Source: Oopsacas minuta (lineage: Eukaryota > Animalia > Porifera). Taken from it: 58,311 nt of DNA. The position numbers and the translations under genes are program-made. Each line of letters begins with the position of its first letter. Within the stretch, counting starts at the first letter, position 1. Shown in pieces: positions 34,803 to 46,068 of the stretch. Location: contig JAKMXF010000040.1 in NCBI GenBank assembly GCA_024704765.1, forward strand, positions 1 through 58,311, in the 5' to 3' direction. The notes under the pieces were generated by a model. The model was not told the DNA's origin. It was given only the letters and a program-made list of their open reading frames with translations, and searched no databases.

Positions 34803-35392
34803 CAGGGTAGGACTGGCTCAATAATTCGGCCCAGGGAAATTTTCAACCGGCCCACTTCACTAAAAATAGAAACTGAAAGTGTAATATATCTTGGCAATTA
34901 GTATAGAATTGATTTAGGAACTGGTAAGTAAGAGCTAGAGACTAGTTATTTATCATGTGTGTAGAATTTGATAAAATTCTAAGATCTAAATGAGATGTCT
35001 TCCCCTTGCAAATATGAGGGTATATGTCCGTTTATCAATTGGGATAGTCTTGCCGTATCAAATTTTACACTAACACGTGCTAATTAGAATGCACAAAATG
35101 CCGTGGTTTCGACCTCTACAGTAGCCCAGACAGCTAGATAAGGATTACGTAAATATAATTTGGAAAAAATAGATTACCGAAATAAATAGACAATCAGAAA
35201 CGAGCAAAACGATCGTTATAGTGAACAAACCTTGAAATACTCCTATATTTTATCGTAGTTTAACAGTTGTTCTATGATGTTTTGATAAAATTCTTACACT
35301 GCACAGAAGGGATTATAAGGAGCTCACTGGCTCATCGACCACGGGCCACCACAGAAAATCTCCCGTTCTCCCCGTAGGCCAGTCCGTCCCTG
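34803..35392. mobile_element. hAT-type MITE, 590 bp, with an 8-bp target-site duplication
   Basis: TIR CAGGGTAGGACTGGC / GCCAGTCCGTCCCTG (13/15). TSD CCCACAGG at 34795-34802 and 35393-35400. Confidence 0.88.
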
Positions 35393-36938
35393 CCCACAGG
35401 GCTGATTTTTAGGATACAGGGGTATTTTTGGCCTTCTCGGACAAATTATGACGTCATTGTCCATTTTGGATTTTCCAAAAATCACATTCACCACTTCTCA
35501 GCCAAAATACATGATAGAAGTTTAAAATTTGAATCACAGGTACTTCTTAATGTGCCAAATGTTGTAACTTCATGATTCTGACCAAAAGCTAACTAGTCAT
35601 AGTATTATTACGTCACCATGACTGTACAAAATACCATAATTTCCCTAATTCCAAATTTCAGAATTTCCTATCACAGGGGGAAGAAGTCCCGAGATTACTA
35701 ACCCAAAGCGGCGTAGCATCTCCAGTATCAGCAGAGAAGGCCATTGAATATAATTTAGATGGGCCAAGGATAATATAATCCCAAATATTTAAGTATTCTT
35801 TGAATTAGAGGCACCTAGTGGAGAGGATATTTTGTCGCGTTGCTACCAATAATACCATAAAATCTAGCTGTAAAATAATTAGCTAACCTGTAACAGTAAG
35901 CCTTCGCACAGCGTGGTAGCAAGCAAAGCGCGCTATTGAAACTACATGATGACATAATTGGCTTAATCCATAATCAACTAATAACGAGTTTCTATAATTC
36001 TGAGGTTTTTCTCAAAGTCTTTACTGAATTTCTTACGTGTATGACAATTTCTCAAGTAATGGCCTTTCTCTGAAGTGCTTGATATATTATAACCTATCCT
36101 CAGTAAATCCATCAATCTATGAATGGATTGTGTTCTCAGAAAATCTATATAGACTACCATTTATGTAATACTTCCTCTAATCACATAATCGCAAGGGAAA
36201 TTCTTCCAATTTATACATCCTTATTGGTCTCTGGGTTAGCCGTTCTCACATATAGAGATATGACTACATCAATATTTCATAACCATAAAGTATCTCCATT
36301 GGCCATTAACTCTTAGTCAATAATTACAAACAAAGGTCCGAACCAGCCTTGAAGGAAATACTAACGAAAGTTGCATCCGTATTTCTACAATAGTCACTCT
36401 CACTCAGGTATAATGAAGCACATAATTGAGGTTAGCATTTATGGATGGTTTATAAACTCCCACAGAACACAATACACAATTCTGTAGTCAATAATCATCT
36501 CTGTTCAAGAAATTATGGAAATTTGGTCAAAACACTTTACAACACTATGTAAGCAACAAAGAAACAACAATTCTTAATTAGAGAATGCACATATATTAAA
36601 CAATATTAATTACAGATTGTGAAATAAATACAGGAAAATTAACGGCAATTACAGGCCACAATAAAAAAAATCTGGGAAATACTTCGATACACCCGATGAA
36701 CACAATATTGGGAAGTCACGCCAGCACATGAAAATATACAAAATTAGTATAATTGAATAAGTAAATGAATAAACAAATACTAATGGAGGAATAAACAGTA
36801 CATAAGCAACAAGACAGGAAATAATAAATCTAATCAAGAATAACAATAATGTAAGGCTATATGTGAAGGCGTTATGTTAAGAAAGGGAAAGAAAATATAA
36901 TGAAATATAGAAATAAACCACATAGATAGAATTGTATA

Positions 36939-37810
36939 TCAAAATATCTGTAGACAGTTCACGTTATGATTACACACTACTATAACTCTATCATGATTGT
37001 CTACTGTTACTGCAAATGGATGCTCAGAGATTGGAATATGGTCAATTGATTGGAATTCAGGATTGAAGATAGAAATAGATTTAGAAAAATAATCAGCAAT
37101 TAGAATGTTGTTAGAATTGTCAATAAAGAATGATTTGGGATTAATGACTTGATTTCCTTGTCCTAATGAAATTACACTCTTCAGGAGTATGTGGTTATGA
37201 TTGAATAGATGGATACAAGGATTAGATTTATCTGACACATAAATGTATTCATTAGAGAGTTTAACATCATGAGGGTATTTGAATGAACCAAATTGTGATT
37301 TGAATTGGAAATCTTGTGAGAGTATTTGAACACGATTGTTGATAGAATCACAAATGTAAATATCATTATTAGATTCATTGATTGCTATACCCCAAGGATA
37401 GTTGAATTCTAATTTTCCTTTTCCCTGTTTACCAATTCTAGAAATATATTCACCATCAAGAGAATATTTCAATATACCGTGGCCCTGAGTAATTAGAATC
37501 CTATTCTACAAATAGCCAAACTTCTTGGATAGTACATCTTTCCTTCACCTCTTCTGTCACCAAATTTGAACATATAATTAGCAGTACTGTCAAATACTTT
37601 AACACAGAGATTGTAACAATCTAATACATAAATATCTCCAGTTTTGTCATCTAATGCGACACAACTTAGCCATTTAAGTTCAGCATTTCCATTATCTTTC
37701 TTACAAACACTCACTAGAGGTTGTATCTTGCTTGTGTAGTCAATTCCAGTTCTCACTCTCTGTAAATTATTCTTAACAGGTTCTGGTTCAATAGGATTAG
37801 ATGTGGCCAT
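36939..37810 (-). pseudogene. NHL subfamily A gene (NHL-5), full length with one 1-nt deletion near 37505
   Basis: ORFs 37493-37810 and 36939-37472 join into a 290-aa paralog if one base is restored (TGT AGA A-T AGG versus TGT AGG AGT AGG). Confidence 0.85.
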
Positions 37811-38671
37811 TATTGCTAAATATTTATTAGAGCAAGAATTAATACAAATAGAAATTGTCAGTAGACATACCTATAGTGTAGCTCATGGTCATTTCGCACA
37901 TGATTAGTGAATCGTATTAGCTACATAATCTTATACAAACATTCCTGTCTCCAATCTTGAGCTATCTTTTATCCTTAGACTATGAGTATATCTACTTTGA
38001 TAATACAATTAATCTTAGGACATTTAAGATGGTTGATTGTATTTATTTGTAATTTTTCCGTGCCAAAGCTGTGAAATTATATTACATTTATATATATATA
38101 ATCCAACCACAAGTGATAATATACCCAAACTCAGACTTATGCCATGTAAATACATTACTTGTTTCCCAATTATTTATGATAGTCCAGGTTCGATCCGGTC
38201 AGGGGTGAATTCTTAAACCGTTCCATCACTAGCGGTACTGATCTATAAATTATTCTAACATATAATCCAATAATAAATATCTGTGTAAGTAATTGATTTT
38301 GGGTTGAGAGTAATTTGAGGGATATTTTTATCATCCAAAAAATCCATTCGATAATTACAAATAACTTACACATAACTCAGCTATATACTATAGTACAGAT
38401 TTGTGTAGCTTTGATATCTTCTAGGAAAGCTCATTTTTCGGGGTTGATGAAAGTCACATTTTAGAATGAGGGTATGTGGTTTAGTATTGCAAAAAACTGC
38501 ACTATACTATAGCTCAGCTATGTATAAGGAATCTCTTATTATACGTATTACTGTAACTGCGGGCTATAGCTTACTATATACACGGCTAGATAAGCAAAAT
38601 TTGCCAAAAAAATGTTCCTGGACATTGATTATATTCACTTTGATCGTGTAGAATTGCAGTTTTCATTACAA

Positions 38672-39555
38672 ATTCTACTATAAATAGGTTTCCATATACG
38701 GCGGAGACTTCTAGAAGACTTTTGTACCTGCTTTTCAGGTTATTTACTCACAATGACTCAAACAAAGTTCATGCCCATATGTGGTAATTTTCCAGAAATT
38801 CTCAAAACTTAATCTAATCATTTTATCAAATCTCTTTACTTGTTAAATGTTAGTTTAAGTAACCAAGAGAAGATCTTCATTTTCATAAACATTCGTTAAA
38901 TAATCATTTTAGCGATATTCACCAAAAAACAAGTCAATAATTGAAAATTGAAGAAATTCGATTAGAAAAATGTATTCGAGGACAAATGAGTCAAAATTGT
39001 TGCCCAACCTAAGTTGTTAAATATTTCTTTTAATGAAGACGTAATACTTATTTCATAATACATATTATACTTTCAATCTACAACTTTGGTAACGTAACTT
39101 CAATTAGGCTGATTTCTGCACAGATATTATACATAAAAACAGAAATTCTCGAAATGTTAAAGAGAAATTTAAGCATAGTTGATTAAATTATATAATACTT
39201 GATAATTATATGATATAAGTCTAAAAATGTCAAAATCTCATATTTCGAGATTAACCTAGACGTATAATACGTACAAATAGATCACGTATAAGGTATTATA
39301 CGTTATACCCGTATTATACAACTAACTATATAACTTTAATACAGTCTTTCTGTTGTGTTTTGTGCGCTAAGTGAATACGAATCATGATTCATTTCATGAA
39401 ATTTGTGGATTCTTGATAATGCTGGTATTTCTAAGTTAAAAAATTACGATAATCAAAGGTGAATTTGATTGCCTCATTGTCGGTAAAATAGCCTGGAAAC
39501 AGGTACAAAATTATTCCAGATATCTCCGCCATATGTAGAAGCCTATATTTATAGT
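38672..39555. mobile_element. ~880-bp MITE-like element with ~70-bp imperfect TIRs
   Basis: ..catatacggcggagacttctagaagacttttgtacctgcttttcagg versus cctggaaacaggtacaaaattattccagatatctccgccatatg.. Confidence 0.55.
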
Positions 39556-39928
39556 TAAACTTGTAAAGATAACTGCAATTCTTCATTATCAAAGAGCATA
39601 TAATAAATGGTGGCCAGGATAGTATTTTGGCGATTCTTTGCTTAGCTAGCCGTATATATAGTAGGCCATGGGCGGGCCTTCTCCTATAGTTACCCTACCC
39701 TGCCCTACATCTGGGCAACCATGGGGGTGCACGTGCCACTTGTGCCCTATGCAAGGCACGTGCATGGGTTCACTGCTGGATCCTGGAAACGAAACTGATC
39801 TCACCCTGATAGGAGCCAGTGTTAAGCTAGGAGGTTGGAAATATTTCAAAAATGGTTCGAAATCTGTATTAGTTTATTGTATGGCAACCTCTCCAAGGGT
39901 CTAACACGTAATGAAAGAAGCTACTCAC

Positions 39929-40043
39929 ATTTATCTTGAATTAAGACAATAAATATTGAGAAATATCTTTAATAGAATAAAATATAATAATAGTAACAGA
40001 AATTAAGAAATCTGAATATCATCAAGTTATATAATTACTGATA
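39929..40043 (-). repeat. Exon-like dispersed repeat, copy 4 (cut off by the insertion at 40044)
   Basis: Donor GTGAGT retained. Homology ends abruptly at ..ataattactgata|gggattac. Confidence 0.8.
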
Positions 40044-41040
40044 GGGATTACTTATATGTCGGCGCTCTACATTGTCGGCTAGCCGACAAATAAGGAATTA
40101 CACGATATATAAGGATTTACTCGACATATAAGGATACGGACTATATAAGGATTTACCCGACATATAAGGATACGGACTATATAAGGATTTATAAGGAACA
40201 TATAATGATTATTATAAGGAATGTTATATTGCTACACTAGAGAAAGTATCCATAACTAATACACTGTGACAACGTACCAAATTTTCATTTGTATTTATCT
40301 GTATTCCTTTTCTTCGTCCTAACATCGTTAAAGCTCCGTTTTCTTTTATTAGAAGCGCGCCCTTTGGATCGAACACGTCTAGGATTTAGGATTGTTGCGA
40401 TACTTAGAATAATTGCTCCACTTTCCTGTGGTATAGGTCTTAGCAATTGGTCCATTTCGGATAATTTACCTCTCATAACCGAAAAAGTTGAATGGTCAAA
40501 TGATGCAAGATGAGCAATGTGTTTAAATTCTGTTGTTAGCATGTTATACCTTTCGTCTTTCGTTAGGATAGGATTATTTTGATAATCATTTTCTTGTAAT
40601 TCTATTACATTGTGACTACCAATACAGCTGTAGATATTAGAATTGTGATCTGCTTGATTCTCTATCTATTATGAGACTATATATTAATAGTTGAAAGAAC
40701 ACAAGGACACAGCGTTAATAATTTGGCGAGTCATTACGTAATTCTGATATAACCGAGTGTGATTGCAAAAGTATCTGTGCTGTATCGAATGGCTGCTTAA
40801 TTTCCAGAAATCGACTATATCTTTGTCGTGTATATTCGTTACTTTCTCGTGATGATAAACGATAAGCATGTGACGACATGGTAAACCCCATGATGATGGG
40901 AATAAGCATGTGAAAGATATCAAAGTTGTCTTACGGCTGGACTTAGCAAAAACCTTCGATAACCCGAGGTCCATAGATGTTAATTTCTCCTTGTTGGTAC
41001 GTTCCGACAATCCTTCTCTTTCAACTAGAATACAGACAAA
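40044..41040 (-). mobile_element. MULE transposase 3' fragment (SWIM zinc finger) with terminal and subterminal repeats
   Basis: TCLFPSSWGLPCRHML (SWIM CxC..CxH, first Cys lost) and a basic tail NPRRVRSKGR. Tandem atataagga repeats at about 40105-40200. Confidence 0.7.
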
Positions 41041-41366
41041 ATACGTATTTGAATTAGCATAAATTATTATACGTACACTCGAACCTCTTATCTGGACTCC
41101 GATATCCGGGCACCTCCCTCAACCGGGCACCATTTTTCCAAAAGGATTGAAATTGATTCGGCCATTTTCTAATTTCAGTAAATATTCCTTATAGTAGAGC
41201 TGTTTTACTCGTACTTCATATCTAACACGTTTCTTTGTAACTAAAAACCATCATAACAGCTATATCCGTCCATATCGATAGAAATAGTAATGGAAGATGA
41301 AAGGAATAAATAAACAAAGAAAGAATTTAAATGACAAACAGAAATACAAATACATAGAGTTACATA

Positions 41367-42239
41367 TCAAAATATCAGTAGACTGTTCACAGTATGATTA
41401 CATACTACTATAACTCTACCATGATTGTCTACTGTTACTGCTGTTGGATCCTCAGAGACTGGAATATTATGAATTGATTGGAGTTCAGGATTGAGGATAA
41501 AAATAGAATTAGAATCATGATCAGCAATTAGAATGTTGCTAGAATTGTCAACAAAGAATGATTTGAGATTAATGACTTGATTCACTTGTTCAAGTGAAAT
41601 TACACTCTTCAGGAGTATGTGGTTATGATTGAATAGATGGATACAAGGATTAGATAAATCTAACACATAAATGTATTCTTTAGATAGTTTAACATCATGA
41701 GGGAATGTGAATGAACCAAATTGTGATTTGAATTGGAAATCTTGTGAGAGTATTTGAACTCGATTGTTAATAGAATCACAAATGTAAATATCATCATTAG
41801 ATTCATTGATTGCTATACCATAAGGATAGTTGAATTCTAACTCTCCATTTCCCTGTTTACCAATTCTAGAAATATATTTACCATCAAGGGTATAATTCAG
41901 TATACCGTGGTTATGAGTAATTAGAATCCTAAATCTACAAGTCATTAAGCGGTTTGGACTTGACATCTTTCCTTCACCATTACTGTCACCAAATTTGAAT
42001 ATATACCTAGCAGTGCTGTCAAATACTTTAATACAGTTATTCAAACAATCTAATATATAAATATCTCCAGTTTTGTCATCTAATGCGACACAACTTAGCC
42101 ATATAGGTTCAACATTTCCATTATCTTTCTTACAAACACTCACTAGAGGTTGTATCTTGCTTGTGTAGTCAATTCCAGTTCTCACTCTCTGTAAATTATT
42201 CTTAACAGGTTCTGGTTCAATAGGATTAGATGTGGCCAT
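41367..42239 (-). CDS. NHL-repeat beta-propeller protein, subfamily A (NHL-6), 290 aa, intact
   Basis: Intact ORF, paralogous to NHL-1. Confidence 0.9.
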   Translation of the reverse strand: MATSNPIEPEPVKNNLQRVRTGIDYTSKIQPLVSVCKKDNGNVEPIWLSCVALDDKTGDIYILDCLNNCIKVFDSTARYIFKFGDSNGEGKMSSPNRLMTCRFRILITHNHGILNYTLDGKYISRIGKQGNGELEFNYPYGIAINESNDDIYICDSINNRVQILSQDFQFKSQFGSFTFPHDVKLSKEYIYVLDLSNPCIHLFNHNHILLKSVISLEQVNQVINLKSFFVDNSSNILIADHDSNSIFILNPELQSIHNIPVSEDPTAVTVDNHGRVIVVCNHTVNSLLIF

Positions 42240-44083
42240 TATTGCTAAATATTTATTAGAGCAAGAATTAATACAAATAGAAATTGTCAGTAGACATACC
42301 TATAGTGTAGCTCATGGTCATTTCGCACATGATTAGTGAATCGTATTAGCTACATAATCTTATACAAACATTCCTGTCTCCAATCTTGAGCTATCTTTTA
42401 TCCTTAGACTATGAGTATATCTACTTTGATAATACAATTAATCTTAGGACATTTAAGATGGTGGATTGTACTTAGACATATACCACCATTAATCTAGGTA
42501 TTGGCAAACTTTCGGGATCGTCTTATTTTCCGGTGCTATAACTGTGAAAGTATAACACCTTTCTTTAATGAAACCACAAGTGATAATATACCAAACTCAG
42601 ACTTATGCCATGTAAATATATTACTTGTTTCCTAATTAATTATGATAATCCAGGTTCAATCCGGTCAGGGATGAATTCTTAAACCGTTCCATCACTAGCG
42701 GTACTGATCTACAAATATATTCTAACATATAATCCAATAATGAAAATCTGTGTACGTAATTGATTTTGGGTTGGAGTAATTTGAGGGATATTTTATCCTC
42801 CAAAAATGCATTTTATAATAACAAATAACTTGTATATAGCTCAGCTATACTATAGTACAGATTTAGGTATTAGCTTTGATATCTTCGAGGAAAAGTCATT
42901 ATTCGGGGTTAATGAAAGTCACATTTTAGAATGAGGGTATGCGGTTAGTATTGCAAAAAACTGCACTATAATATAGCTCTTCTATATATAAGGAATCTCT
43001 TATAATACGTATTACTGTAACTTCGGGCTATAGCTTACTATAAACACACTGCTAGCTAAGCAAAGAATTGCCAAAATAATTTCCTAGCAATTGATAATGG
43101 TAAACGGAACTTTCGTCTCAGGAAATTTGGTATCCTTTAGCTGTTTTAGTAATCTTTCTTTTGTTTTTAGAAAAGAAAAGAAGATGGATAATGTTGCAAA
43201 AGATCGATAGAATAGGTAGAAGGTTACAAAAAGGTGGTAGAAAGGGCGGAATGTATAAGATAGGACGAGACCATCACGGATATTTCTTAGATTAGCTAGC
43301 AAAAGGTTATACGAAGGGTTGATCGGGGATTTTAATGCTAGACTAGATTCTGATGAATGTTTTGTTCTGATTAGCTACATAATGGTCTGGGGTGGGAGAT
43401 ATGTGTTTTATATAAAGGAGAAGATGATGGCTATGTTTCGAACTGTCATTAATGTTGCTAAAGTCGATTGTAAGGTGTGGGATATTTGGGAAAATGGGAT
43501 CAGGAATTTTTTTTCGAATTTTTAGCGGAATAAGTAGTCTCTTTGTTTTATAGAAAAAGAAAAACAAGATAGGTAATGTTGCAAAGATCGATATAATTGG
43601 TAAAAGCGTACGAAAATTCCAGAGACTATGTCATTGTGGTTAAAATAACCTGAAAAGCAGGTACAAAATTTTTGTAGATATCTCCGCCATATGTAGAAGC
43701 CTATATTTAAAAGAATTTTTAATGATAACTACAATTCTTCATTATCAAAGAGAATATAATAAATGGTGGCCAGGATAGTATTTTGGCGATTCTTTGCTTA
43801 GCTAGCCGTGTATATAGTAGGCCATGGGCGGACCTTCTCCTATAGTTACCCCATCCTGCCCTACACCTAGGCAACCATGGGGTGCACGTGCCACTTGTGC
43901 TCTATGCAAGGCACGTGCATGGGTTCACTGCTGGATCCTGGAAACAAAACTGATCTTACCCTGATAGGAGTCAGTGTTAAGCTAGGAGGGTGGAAATATT
44001 TCAAAAATGGTTCGAGAGTTGCATTAGTTTATTGTATGGCAGCCTCTTCAAGGGTCTAACACGTAATGAAAGAAACTACTCAC

Positions 44084-44243
44084 CTTTATCTAGAATTAAG
44101 ACAATAAATATTGAGAAAAATCTTTAGTAGAATAAAATATAATAATAGTAACAGAAATATATAAAATCAGAATATCATCAAGTTATATAATTACTGATAT
44201 ACATATAGTAATGTGATACTTACTGTATTCTCTTGTACAGATT
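44084..44243 (-). repeat. Exon-like dispersed repeat, copy 5
   Basis: CAG|AATCTG ... ATAAAG|GTGAGT. Confidence 0.8.
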
Positions 44244-44751
44244 CTGAGATTTATGAGTTTTCAATTTATGTCTCAGATTATTGCAAAACAGCAGCCAAAC
44301 GGAACTAAATGCACGAATAGAACCACAATACCCTGCTCAGGCAAAATTAGAAAGTGACATACCATATAGAAGCAAAAAGTCAAGAACAAGAAGCTGGTTA
44401 CGCAGGCCTTGTGATAATTACCATTAATTCAATTAAATAGGATTGAAATTAATCAGAAATTCTACACATACCAAATATGAATTAACGTTTGGGGCCTGCT
44501 TCAATGTTGCGTCTATTGCTACACCATTGCCATGTCACCAATGACTCACATGACACATACCATGACAAACCGAAAAGAAAACGTGGAGTAATGTGACGTA
44601 ACAGCCCTATTATTTTGTATACCTATGGCGTATACCCATAATTGAGAAATTCGAATTCAATACAACATTCAATAAATCTTTCCTTGACTAAGTACAACAA
44701 ACACACAACTATTGACTTTACTAATATAGATTAGTTAATGAAACTACTCAC

Positions 44752-44911
44752 CTTTAGCTAGAATTTAGACAATAAATATTTAGAAATATCTTTAGTAGAA
44801 TAAAATAGAATAAAAGTAATAGAAATTATATAAAATCAGAATAACATCAAGTTATATAATTACTGATATACATATAGTAATGTGATACTGCTGTATTCTC
44901 TTGTACATATT
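44752..44911 (-). repeat. Exon-like dispersed repeat, copy 6
   Basis: CAG|AATATG ... CTAAAG|GTGAGT. Confidence 0.8.
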
Positions 44912-45212
44912 CTGAGATGATAAGTCATAGCATTCTATACATTAAGGCAATGGCACTCTATTCAAATTCTAGACCATGGATGGCAATTACCCTGGACTTT
45001 CAAAATTTCAAATATTTGCTATAATGCCTTTCAACGCTATTCTAAAGTGCTCTAATGTAACATTTGTTATATTTTGATGATTTACAACCTCTCAACCCAA
45101 TTATAATTACCATATTATAATACTTTAATAGTCCTTGACAAGATTGACAACCATTAGACTTCCTAATGTAAGAAAAGACTGCAAATCCTGCAATATATTG
45201 ACGTGTAAGGTG

Positions 45213-45620
45213 TTATTTTTCCATTTTCCAAGCTAATAGACCAGCTGATGTTGTTTCATGGTAAATTTTTAATGCGAAACTAACATTTTGTCGTTCTAAC
45301 CTAGATGGCCAAAAAGATTTCACTGTTAATTTTGGTGCTCGCTTCAAGACATTGCGTTTATCAGATTTAAACAAATTACGGATATCTTCAAACGGTGTAT
45401 AACAAATTTGGGGATAATTTGATTTAGAGATAAATTGAATGTTCGAAATACTGGCTCGAGAAATTGAGACGTAAAAAGATTTATTTGTTTCACTTACATT
45501 TCGTTTTGGATTTCCACTTATCTGGCAATCACCGAATTTCGGGAAATGAATGTATTATCCAATTTTCAAGATTTAACCAATTATTCCTGATGGATTTAAT
45601 GATGTGAACAATATTAAAAC
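45213..45620 (-). mobile_element. P-element/THAP9-like transposase fragment
   Basis: VHIIKSIRNNWLN and FEDIRNLFKSD..APKLTVKSFWPSRLERQNVSFALKIYHETTSAGL on the minus strand. Confidence 0.75.
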
Positions 45621-46068
45621 ACAGAATCAAATTTCTTTCTGGATTGCATGGGTGTTATACTTTTGGTTGCAGTGTTGAATCAGCGGAAAAACATTTGAAT
45701 AATCGAACATTGAGTGGATAGTTGTCTGTACACACAGCTTAGATAAACAGACAACAATCTTAATTATCACAGATAGTGGATTTAACAATAGGATATAAAG
45801 TTTTACAGAAGAAGAGCCTAAAGGTATTAACCGAACAATAGAAGAGAACCTGGTTGATAAACTAGAAACCATCATAGAAAATACAGTAGTGTGTGGATCA
45901 TCAGGATTGTCAATCTATCCGATTACCCTTCCCCTCCCTTATAAGACGCATCACTACGAATGTGGAGTTCATCCATTTGAAGTATGACATCACGCTCTAA
46001 ATCATTAAAGCCGAAGCAACCTCACATAGAATTTTAGTATACCCGCTCTCCAATCCAATATGCATTAG

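Noticed and set aside
35620-36320. Possible decayed coding sequence on the minus strand (ORFs 35978-36160 and 36119-36316)
   Set aside because: Multiple stops and no recognisable family.
39646-39904. Overlapping His/Cys/Pro-rich ORFs (also 43877-44059) with a tgcacgtgcc/ggcacgtgca stem
   Set aside because: Part of the duplicated NHL-5/NHL-6 upstream DNA. The frames differ between copies and no domain is recognisable.
43319-43525. IGDFNARLD, resembling a LINE AP-endonuclease motif
   Set aside because: A single short motif with other endonuclease motifs absent or out of order. Insufficient evidence.
45700-45900. LIITDSGFNNRI..EPKGI, resembling another NHL remnant
   Set aside because: Too short and degenerate to distinguish from chance.
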